Below are positions 17,014 to 23,685 of a stretch of 64,000 nt of DNA, piece by piece; the stretch's first letter is position 1; every line of letters starts with the position of its first letter. The DNA is from Clostridiales bacterium. GTDB taxonomy: Bacteria > Bacillota > Clostridia > Christensenellales > CAG-138. The translations under genes and the position numbers were made by a program. The notes beneath the pieces were generated by a model. The model had not been told where the DNA came from. It did not search any database and worked only from the letters and a program-made list of their open reading frames with translations. The stretch lies in assembly GCA_918244965.1 (NCBI GenBank), contig CAKJYC010000021.1:85025-149024 (forward strand). Direction: 5' to 3'.

Positions 17014-17996
17014 GCATTTTCCTTTCCGCGTTCACGGGTAATCAGCCGCATCAGCACAAATGTGATAGCACCGGACATCAGAATCACCAGAAGGTCGACC
17101 GGCGCAAGAACGATTCCGGGCAATCCGGCAAAGAAGATGCCTTCGCCGTACCGATACAGATGCCCGTGCAGCAGGATCATTTCTCCGACATACATCAAAA
17201 GCGTCGTGATCGCAGACGCCGCGGCAGGGATCCAGACCGCCGCAGCGCGTCTGCGTTTGATTACCAGCGATCCGACAAAGACGCCGAGCGTCACACCGAG
17301 CAGAATAAAGAATGCGGACATCAGCGAAGCGGACAGCGGAGAAACAGTGATGCTGCCATCGCGGTAGAATGCCGTGAAGCACGCGAGGATGCACAGGCCA
17401 AGGAAGAGCGCGGCCGCAACTGCCTGCAGAATCAGTGCCTTTCTTCTGTGCGTATCGCCGGTCCGCACCATCTGCGCAAAACCGTAGAGGCAGTTCAATA
17501 TCGCAAGGATCAGCACGACCGAGATCATGTAAAAATGCAGCTTGAACATGGGATCGTACTCGCCCATCAGGACCTCGACCGCCGTCAGCTGCTTGTACTC
17601 CGTGACGGTCGTTCCCCATCCTCCCGGCGGCTGATAGCACATCGCCATCTGCCAGGCTTCAAGCTTTGTTACGGTTTCCTCCGCTGTCACAATGATCCAT
17701 TCTTCAAACAGCAGCTCAATCCCGAAGAACGCGCCGACCGACAGCACCGCGCCGCCGACGAACGCAAAGCGCTTGAGCAGCTTGACAAACAGCGGCAATA
17801 CGAGCACACCGAGAATGACCGCAAATGCGATCGGCGTATAGGGAATCACGTACTTCGGGTAGTTTTCCTGCATCACCGTACCATCGCGGATCATATCGAC
17901 AAACACGCGGACGCCCATCATCAGCGGATAGATCGAAATGAGCAGCACGCCTAGCACAGCCAGCAGCCAGTAAACGGTCAGCTTCCTTGTTTTCAT
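17010..17996 (-). CDS. hypothetical polytopic (~8 TM) membrane protein
   Basis: 328 aa from the ATG at 17996 (MKTRKLTVYWLL...). The RBS AAGGAG overlaps the stop of the M56 gene. No family recognised. Confidence 0.55.
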   Translation of the reverse strand: MKTRKLTVYWLLAVLGVLLISIYPLMMGVRVFVDMIRDGTVMQENYPKYVIPYTPIAFAVILGVLVLPLFVKLLKRFAFVGGAVLSVGAFFGIELLFEEWIIVTAEETVTKLEAWQMAMCYQPPGGWGTTVTEYKQLTAVEVLMGEYDPMFKLHFYMISVVLILAILNCLYGFAQMVRTGDTHRRKALILQAVAAALFLGLCILACFTAFYRDGSITVSPLSASLMSAFFILLGVTLGVFVGSLVIKRRRAAAVWIPAAASAITTLLMYVGEMILLHGHLYRYGEGIFFAGLPGIVLAPVDLLVILMSGAITFVLMRLITRERGKENA

Positions 17997-18012
17997 ATTC
18001 GTTACGCTCCTT

Positions 18013-18921
18013 TCATGCAGCATTGGTCAGCAGGATATACGCGATCACACACGCCAGAATACCGAACCCGACAGCGGATGCGACCGTCATTTTGCGGAAG
18101 GATACGATGCGCTTTATGCGCGTGCGAAGCCTTGCTCCGCCGAACGCCGAGGCAAAGACCGTCAGGCTCTTCTGCGCGTTCAAAAGCGTATGCGCGTACC
18201 GTTTTTGTTCCTCTTCCGACAGCTTTGACAGCACCGATTCGTCGCACGCAAGCTCGACGTCGGACAGATACAGCTTCAGAAACACCCACGCAAGCGGATT
18301 GAACCAATGCAGCGCCGCCGCACAGAACGCGATCACGCGCCACAGGTTGTCCAGTCGCCGGATGTGTCTCTGCTCGTGAAGAACGATCAGGTCGAGGTCT
18401 TCGGAATCGAAAAGCTGTGTCGGAAGAATGATCCTCGGACGGAAGATCCCGTATGCCGCGGGGCTAGTGATCTTGTCAGAGCAATACACATTGTCATGCA
18501 TCCGCACGGCGTCCCTGAGTTCGGACACCGTCGCAAGATACACGATGATCATCGCAAGCAGCAGCGCGCCTGCAATCACAGCCCAGACGATCGACGCGAT
18601 CCGGAATACGTCGGCAAGCAGGTCGATCTTATATTCGATCGGAAAGTAGTGCTTTGCCGCCATTGTGTAGTTCGTCATTGTGGCAATTCTGCTGTTGTCA
18701 AAGATCTCGACCGTCCTTGTCGTATATCGCGACAGCAGCGACAGAAGACCGAATCTTCCTCCGATCCCGAACGGAATGAAGAATCGGATCAGCGGGATCG
18801 CCCACAGCACAGCAATCACGCGGCGCGGAATATGACGGATCAGGCGCAGCAGCAGGATGACGGCTCCCGCAATCGAACCCGCAATGCTCATATTGAAAAG
18901 CCAATAGAAAAGATCTCCCAT
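18013..18921 (-). CDS. M56 family (BlaR1/MecR1-type) membrane metalloprotease lacking an extracellular sensor domain
   Basis: 302 aa. It has the HEXXH motif as LHEQRHIRRLDN and multiple TM helices. The protein ends right after the last TM (…GFGILACVIAYILLTNAA). Confidence 0.8.
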   Translation of the reverse strand: MGDLFYWLFNMSIAGSIAGAVILLLRLIRHIPRRVIAVLWAIPLIRFFIPFGIGGRFGLLSLLSRYTTRTVEIFDNSRIATMTNYTMAAKHYFPIEYKIDLLADVFRIASIVWAVIAGALLLAMIIVYLATVSELRDAVRMHDNVYCSDKITSPAAYGIFRPRIILPTQLFDSEDLDLIVLHEQRHIRRLDNLWRVIAFCAAALHWFNPLAWVFLKLYLSDVELACDESVLSKLSEEEQKRYAHTLLNAQKSLTVFASAFGGARLRTRIKRIVSFRKMTVASAVGFGILACVIAYILLTNAA

Positions 18922-18924
18922 GCG

Positions 18925-19275
18925 TTATCTCCGGTCGATCAATGCGCGCAGCTCGCTGATTTCGTCGTCGGACAGCGTTTCGTCCTCCAGCAGCGCGGAA
19001 AACAGCGCCTTTTTTGACCCGGCAAAGAGCTTTTCGGCAAGGCCTTTCACCTCGCTTTTCTGGATCTCGCTCCTTGATATCCTTGACGTACAGACAAAGC
19101 CGGGGTCCGTCCGTTCGACGTAACCTTTGTCGATCAGTTTTTTCAGTACCGTATAGGTCGTGTTCTTGTTCCAGCCGATCTCTCCTGCCGCGATCAGACT
19201 GATCTCCTTTGCGCTGATCGGCTCGCGGCTCCAGATGATGTCCATCAGCTTGAGTTCGCTGTCAAATACCTTCAT
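18925..19275 (-). CDS. BlaI/MecI/CopY family transcriptional repressor
   Basis: 116 aa from the ATG at 19275 (RBS GGAGGG). MKVFDSELKLMDIIWSREPISAKEI...YTVLKKLIDKGYV is the typical winged-helix Penicillinase_R fold. Confidence 0.85.
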   Translation of the reverse strand: MKVFDSELKLMDIIWSREPISAKEISLIAAGEIGWNKNTTYTVLKKLIDKGYVERTDPGFVCTSRISRSEIQKSEVKGLAEKLFAGSKKALFSALLEDETLSDDEISELRALIDRR

Positions 19276-19285
19276 GCTTCCCTCC

Positions 19286-19332
19286 GGACTATTTCTGTAG
19301 TCCATACTATCACAGTAGTCTGCGCTTGTCAA
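19286..19332 (-). promoter_or_regulatory. promoter with two tandem operator-like dyads upstream of the BlaI-family gene
   Basis: The minus strand has TTGACA (19332-19327), a 17-nt spacer and TAGTAT (19309-19304). Dyads aGACTACtgtgaTAGT and GGACTAcagaaaTAGTCC overlap and follow the -10 hexamer. Confidence 0.45.
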
Positions 19333-19369
19333 GAATAAGTGCGCTGTTTCGACGCACCTTGCAAACACG

Positions 19370-20047
19370 CTATTTGGACCGTGTCATGCGGAAGCTGTCG
19401 GCGATCAGATCCATGACCGCATCGTCAGAAAGCGTCTCGTCCAGCGTGACCGTGATCCAGCTTTTATGGTTCATGTGATATGCGGGATAGACGCCTGCGC
19501 ACGTCGATCGGTCCTCTTCCGGATCGCGTTTCAGATTGAGAGCGTCGATCATCGTTGCGTCGCCGTCCTTCGTCAAAAGCCCCTTGCGGATGTGCATGAT
19601 CAGCGCAAACCACTTGCCGCTGTCCGTATGACGGAACACGCCGGAATGTTCATGCGGGCTCTTTCCCCACGGGAAGTCCGGCCGGACGCCGTACCGGTCA
19701 AGTATCTGCTCCGTGACCCGGTTCGCCTGCTCGGAATCGAACGTGACCTCGCGGCAGCAATGCGCGGCGATTCTTTGCAATACATCCTCGTACGCAGCGC
19801 GCACTGCGTTCACATACGCGCCGTTGAAGCGCTCCGCCCGCAGCGGCGCGTAGAGTTCGCCGTTCATGTTGTCGACGACAGATCCCGTGACCGCACCGTC
19901 CCCGGCGACCGTGACCGCTGCGGAAAAATCGCCGTTCAGAAAGTCGGTTGTATAGACGTATCCGGCGTCGGTTCTGCAAAAGCCGTAGGAAAGCATCGCT
20001 TCTGGAACAAAGCGTCTGCGCGAAAACGCCTTCTCTTCTATCGTCAT
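19370..20047 (-). CDS. MmcQ/YjbR family protein with an N-terminal extension
   Basis: 225 aa from the ATG at 20047 (RBS GGAGGG). The C-terminal ~115 aa (PDFPWGKSPHEHSGVFRH...KWFALIMHI...HMNHKSWITV) match the YjbR fold family. Confidence 0.65.
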   Translation of the reverse strand: MTIEEKAFSRRRFVPEAMLSYGFCRTDAGYVYTTDFLNGDFSAAVTVAGDGAVTGSVVDNMNGELYAPLRAERFNGAYVNAVRAAYEDVLQRIAAHCCREVTFDSEQANRVTEQILDRYGVRPDFPWGKSPHEHSGVFRHTDSGKWFALIMHIRKGLLTKDGDATMIDALNLKRDPEEDRSTCAGVYPAYHMNHKSWITVTLDETLSDDAVMDLIADSFRMTRSK

Positions 20048-20051
20048 TTTG

Positions 20052-20525
20052 TCATCCCTCCGGCCGGTCGATCCGATAGTACTTGAAGGATTCGTCCTCC
20101 CCGATCTGCGTAAAGCCGACCTTTTCCAGCACATGCCGGCTGCGCGTATTCGGTCGGATCGAATCGGCGTACAGTGTCGGGATATCGAGCTTGTCAAACA
20201 CATACTGCACCGCAAGCCGCTCCGCCTGCGTCCCGATTCCGCGATCCTTATACGATGCGTTTTTCAGGCACAGTCCCATCGTCGCGCATTTGCGGTCCTC
20301 AATGTTCTTCAGCACGATCTCGCCGACGATTTCGCCGTCAAGCATGATTGCAAGCGGGATCCGTCCGAGATCGATCTGGCGCTGTACATACCGGTCGACC
20401 GTTTCCGCATCGTATACGTATGGCTTACACTTTGACGGATCGAGATACAGCTCCGGGCTGTTTTTATACCCCTTCATGTATTGATGATACATTTCGCGCG
20501 TCATGGGCTTCAATGTGATGTTCAT
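20052..20525 (-). CDS. GNAT family N-acetyltransferase
   Basis: 157 aa with a RimJ/RimL-like pattern (YKDRGIGTQAERLAVQYVFDKLD...NTRSRHVLEKVGF). Confidence 0.8.
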   Translation of the reverse strand: MNITLKPMTREMYHQYMKGYKNSPELYLDPSKCKPYVYDAETVDRYVQRQIDLGRIPLAIMLDGEIVGEIVLKNIEDRKCATMGLCLKNASYKDRGIGTQAERLAVQYVFDKLDIPTLYADSIRPNTRSRHVLEKVGFTQIGEDESFKYYRIDRPEG

Positions 20526-20623
20526 GCGAATCTCCGATCCTTATGATGGTTCAATGTTTCCGAACAGCCGGCATGCTCCAACCGTTTTGGGGCGGCATTT
20601 GCTTTTCTGCAGTATTGTACAGC

Positions 20624-21547
20624 CTATGCGAGAAACCGCACGATCTCTCCGAACACGGCAGGATCCGGTTCCATCATTCTTTTGGTCGGCTTGTCGCGGA
20701 AAAAGGCCTTCTTCTCCTCCGCGGTATTGATCTCCTTGCTGTACACCGCACGGTTGTATTCGCCGATCCAGGCGTTCATCGTGTCCAGCGCCTCTTTGGT
20801 ATACTGCGGCATGTGCTTTTTGTTCTCGACCGTCATCACGCGCACATTCGGATTGCCGAGCTTCTTTGCCTGTCCGGCGTTGTATCGATAGCCGACCACC
20901 GGATCATCCGTCGAATGGATCCACAGAATGCTGTCCTTCGTGCAAGCAAGATACGCCCGATTGTCTAAAGCGGAAAACCGGGGAATGCGCTTCTTTTCAT
21001 ACTTCTTTACGCGGTTTGCGAGAATGCGCAGCTTTACAAAGCCCATCATTTCATCGGCAATGCTCAAAAAGCCGGAGATGATGACCGCGCGCTTTACTTG
21101 AGGCAGATCGTTTGCAAGGTTCAATGCCGTATAGCCGCCGAGCGAGTGTCCCACCGGGATAATCTCCTCCTTCGGCGCAAGATGCGCCAAAAGCTCCTCT
21201 GCGTCGCGCGTCGGCGCGTTGACGGAGGTTAACCGTTCTCCGCCCGAAGTGCCGCAGCCCGCATAATCAAGCGCCGTCACCCTGTAACCGGCTCTGCACA
21301 GCTGCTCTATATCGACCGTGTACGGCGCATGTCCGGCCCCGAGCCCGTGGAGAAACAGGATTCGCTTATCCCTTTTGAACCCCTCGTAGCAATACGTGCA
21401 GTACCGGATTTCTACGCCTTCCGAGTTTTGAAACGAGCCGCGCTCGCAGATGAGCCCCGGATAATCCGCAGGGCCCGGAAACGGGATTTCATCCGGATCA
21501 TATCGCTTCATAAAGTTTTCCCGATACTTCTTTACAATCAAACCCAT
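20624..21547 (-). CDS. alpha/beta hydrolase
   Basis: 307 aa from the ATG at 21547 (RBS AAAGGAG). It has the nucleophile elbow GHSLGG and an HG motif (LFLHGLGAGH). Confidence 0.75.
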   Translation of the reverse strand: MGLIVKKYRENFMKRYDPDEIPFPGPADYPGLICERGSFQNSEGVEIRYCTYCYEGFKRDKRILFLHGLGAGHAPYTVDIEQLCRAGYRVTALDYAGCGTSGGERLTSVNAPTRDAEELLAHLAPKEEIIPVGHSLGGYTALNLANDLPQVKRAVIISGFLSIADEMMGFVKLRILANRVKKYEKKRIPRFSALDNRAYLACTKDSILWIHSTDDPVVGYRYNAGQAKKLGNPNVRVMTVENKKHMPQYTKEALDTMNAWIGEYNRAVYSKEINTAEEKKAFFRDKPTKRMMEPDPAVFGEIVRFLA

Positions 21548-21585
21548 TTTCGCGTCTCCTTTCATCGGTGCCTGCTTCTGTAAGG

Positions 21586-21614
21586 AGTATACCATGAATC
21601 ACGCTCGATATCAA
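21586..21614 (-). promoter_or_regulatory. sigma-A-type promoter candidate (extended -10) for the hydrolase gene
   Basis: The minus strand has TTGATA (21614-21609), a 17-nt spacer ending in TGG, and TATACT (21591-21586). Confidence 0.45.
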
Positions 21615-21682
21615 TTATGATTCGCGATCTGTCCGCGCAAAACGTACATCGTCTGCAAAGACGGCCTTTGCCATGCAGCATT

Positions 21683-21780
21683 CACCGCACTGCTGTGTTT
21701 TTGCGACGACCGAGTCGTCGCCGCGGCGTTCGAGTCCTCTATCATAACGCCAAACAAAAAAACCACCCGTGCGGCTGGTC
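21683..21780. repeat. copy A1 of a ~98-nt imperfect direct repeat
   Basis: Hand alignment with 22057-22153 gives 9 substitutions and a 1-nt indel. The shared core is GCGTTCGAGTCCTCTATCATAACGCCAAAC-A(6-7)-CCACCC. Confidence 0.8.
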
Positions 21781-21912
21781 GCTGGTCCCCGCAAAATGTT
21801 GGTAGCGACAGTGAGCCGTCGTGAGCGCGCTTGCAAGCGAGCAGGCGAACCGAGCGTGACATTTTGCGGAAAGGAGCCGCAGCGGAACAAAGCGCTGCGG
21901 CGGCTTGTTTGT

Positions 21913-21954
21913 AAAGCAAAAAGCCGCCGCAAGCCAAGTGCAGCTTGCGGCGAC
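21913..21954 (-). terminator. strong rho-independent terminator directly downstream of the tRNA-Trp 3' fragment
   Basis: The minus strand reads GTCGCCGCAAGC-tgcacttg-GCTTGCGGCGGC (12-bp stem, one mismatch) followed by TTTTTGCTTT. Confidence 0.6.
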
Positions 21955-21955
21955 G

Positions 21956-21976
21956 TGGCAGGGGCAGAAGGACTCG
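21956..21976 (-). repeat. 21-nt exact copy of the tRNA-Trp 3' end (T-loop to CCA), att-like
   Basis: TGGCAGGGGCAGAAGGACTCG is identical to 22161-22181. Similarity to the tRNA stops abruptly at the T-loop. Confidence 0.85.
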
Positions 21977-22056
21977 CCTGCTCCGCTTGTTCAGACTCGT
22001 CTGCTCGCGCTCCGCACTTCGCAGCCGGTCTTGCGCTCCGCAGCATCCGCTGAAAA

Positions 22057-22153
22057 CACCGCACTGCGGTGTTTTCGCGTCGACAGCGTCGCCGCCGTGG
22101 CGTTCGAGTCCTCTATCATAACGCCAAACAAAAAACCACCCATGCGGGTGGTC
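22057..22153. repeat. copy A2 of the ~98-nt imperfect direct repeat
   Basis: See A1. This copy sits immediately 3' of the intact tRNA-Trp and contains its terminator-like hairpin. Confidence 0.8.
22128..22152 (-). terminator. terminator-like hairpin after tRNA-Trp
   Basis: The minus strand reads CCACCC-gcat-GGGTGG followed by TTTTTTG. The stem is short (6 bp). Confidence 0.45.
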
Positions 22154-22160
22154 TTTTGTT

Positions 22161-22234
22161 TGGCAGGGGCAGAAGGACTCGAACCCTCAAGAACGGTTTT
22201 GGAGACCGCTATGTTACCATTACATCATGCCCCT
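22161..22234 (-). tRNA. trnW: tRNA-Trp (anticodon CCA), CCA end encoded
   Basis: Hand-folded cloverleaf. Acceptor AGGGGCA/TGCCCCT. D-arm ATGT-aatggta-ACAT. Anticodon arm GCGGT-CTCCAAA-ACCGT. T-arm GAGGG-TTCGAGT-CCTTC. 74 nt. Confidence 0.9.
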
Positions 22235-22264
22235 AATGGTTGCGTTTTTTATTCCATGTTTGAT

Positions 22265-22293
22265 ATTTTACCACAGTCGGATATAAAATGCAA
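22265..22293 (-). promoter_or_regulatory. sigma-A-type promoter candidate for tRNA-Trp
   Basis: The minus strand has TTGCAT (22293-22288), a 17-nt spacer ending in TGG, and TAAAAT (22270-22265). The region is AT-rich. Confidence 0.45.
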
Positions 22294-22339
22294 GCTTTAT
22301 TTTGACTCCCGAACGTTCCCGAAGCAGATCCCCTTCCCC

Positions 22340-22368
22340 TTGCAATTCCTCCCTTCGTATGATATACT
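22340..22368 (+). promoter_or_regulatory. sigma-A-type promoter candidate for the 411-aa orphan gene
   Basis: TTGCAA (22340-22345), 17-nt spacer, TATACT (22363-22368), about 30 nt upstream of RBS GAGGAGGG and the ATG at 22400. Confidence 0.45.
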
Positions 22369-22399
22369 TTGTTCAGATCCGTTTTTCGAGGAGGGCAAA

Positions 22400-23635
22400 A
22401 TGCGCGCGATCCGATCCTTTGTTTTCGAAACCGCAAACAAAATCACCTTTTCGCAGCTTCCGGAGATCGTTCGCCGCTTTCTTGCGGAACAGCGCCTTTC
22501 GGCAAACGTCTTTCTCTATTATCTGGAGTGCTATGACAAGACGGAGCATGCGATCCGGTTTCTGAAATCGCTGGACAACAATCCCCGGATAAAAGAGTTC
22601 ATCCTGCGGACTTCGCCGGAGACGATCGAGGAAAACAGGAAGATCGTCGAGAACCCGCCCAAAACCGCGCTTGCGCGTGCAGTCACGGACTGCCCGAAGC
22701 TCGGCGCCGTAAAAACGTATACGCCGTTTGATGAACAGTACGGCTCCGATCATTTGTACGTGAGCAATATCATCGAACCGACCGAATGCACCGAAGCGGA
22801 CATGCAGCCGTTTTTTAAGCGCATGGAACGCACGTACGGCCTTTCGGAAGCCGTTTTGTATTACTGCGACGTCGATTTCTTCGGCAAAGTGATCCCGTAC
22901 GTGCGTGATCTTGCGCCGGTTCAGCAGCGCAGCGAAGCGCTCGGCTATCCGTTCGACGAAGCGGAGACGCTGGATCTTCAGCCGTACGGTTCCATGGTTT
23001 GCATCACGCGAAGCGTCGCAGGGCCGCGCTGGAACGATCTCACGCTGTCCGTCGACATTCTGCACGACGGAACGTATTACGATCCGTCGCCGTACTATGA
23101 AGCGATGAAGGCGCTCCTGCCGGGGATCAAAAGCAGGACTCTTCTCAGGGTCATCCCGAACGATAAGGAGCAGGCGGCGATCGAAGCGTCGAACGCCGAA
23201 GCAGCGCCGCTGATCGCGGAATGCAGCGCATTCCTGTCCGCAAGGCTCTCCCCGGCCGACCGGCAGACGATGCATCAATGCAATTACAGCCTTGCGCCGA
23301 AGCTCAAAAAGCTTGCAAAGAACGCCGGCTATTCCTATTCATTCGTTTGGAGCGGCGTGTTCGGAATGAACAAGCGTCTCCCGCGCGGTCATTATCTGAG
23401 CATCCTCGTGACCAGCGGGCAGTCCCATTACGACACGACGTTCCATCTGAACTTCGACGGACTCGGCTTTTCTCACGCGCTTACGGAAGTGATGTTCGCT
23501 CCGACCGATCAGAGCGAATTTGACGCGTGCGCGGATGCGTTCTTTGCCGCAGTACGCGCGTTTGAAACCGGATTCGCTTCAAAGCTCGACTGCCTTTACG
23601 ATCCGACCCCGGCATGGTTTTTCCCGAATGACTGA
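22400..23635 (+). CDS. hypothetical protein, no recognisable domain
   Basis: 411 aa from the ATG at 22400 with a strong RBS. The track ORF (21905..23635) extends upstream through the tRNA and repeats and was trimmed. Amino-acid composition looks like a real protein (balanced, not Arg/Ala-biased). Confidence 0.6.
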   Translation: MRAIRSFVFETANKITFSQLPEIVRRFLAEQRLSANVFLYYLECYDKTEHAIRFLKSLDNNPRIKEFILRTSPETIEENRKIVENPPKTALARAVTDCPKLGAVKTYTPFDEQYGSDHLYVSNIIEPTECTEADMQPFFKRMERTYGLSEAVLYYCDVDFFGKVIPYVRDLAPVQQRSEALGYPFDEAETLDLQPYGSMVCITRSVAGPRWNDLTLSVDILHDGTYYDPSPYYEAMKALLPGIKSRTLLRVIPNDKEQAAIEASNAEAAPLIAECSAFLSARLSPADRQTMHQCNYSLAPKLKKLAKNAGYSYSFVWSGVFGMNKRLPRGHYLSILVTSGQSHYDTTFHLNFDGLGFSHALTEVMFAPTDQSEFDACADAFFAAVRAFETGFASKLDCLYDPTPAWFFPND

Positions 23636-23638
23636 ATA

Positions 23639-23672
23639 ACAAAAAAGCACTTCGCGGGAAGTGCTTTTTTTG
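23639..23672. terminator. bidirectional intrinsic terminator between convergent genes
   Basis: AAAAAA-GCACTTC-gcgg-GAAGTGC-TTTTTTT. Confidence 0.6.
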
Positions 23673-23685
23673 TGTGTTATTTTGC

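Noticed and set aside
19370-20525. GNAT (20052..20525) plus the adjacent small gene, considered as a GNAT-toxin/antitoxin (TacT/AtaT-like) pair.
   Set aside because: The GNAT looks RimJ/RimL-like. The partner is a 225-aa YjbR/MmcQ-family protein, not an RHH/DUF1778 antitoxin, and the gene order and size do not fit type II TA modules.
21724-21752. tRNA-like string GCGTTCGAGTCCTCTATCATAACGCCA in repeat A1 (also in A2 at 22098-22126), considered as a plus-strand tRNA or tmRNA 3' end.
   Set aside because: The putative T-stem arms (e.g. TGGCG vs CCTCT) do not pair. No acceptor partner or upstream D/anticodon arms can be drawn. At most it is a decayed fragment.
21611-22064. ORFs inside the repeat/hairpin region (21611..21937 minus, 21615..22064 minus, 21769..22053 plus, 21617..21805 plus).
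   Set aside because: They have no RBS, they mutually overlap, their translations are Arg/Ala-rich, and they span terminator hairpins and the tRNA fragment. The region is better explained as non-coding repeats.
21905-22399. N-terminal 165 codons of track ORF 21905..23635.
   Set aside because: This part would read through the tRNA-Trp gene, its promoter, the att-like repeat and two terminators. A strong RBS/ATG at 22400 with its own promoter gives a sensible 411-aa protein.
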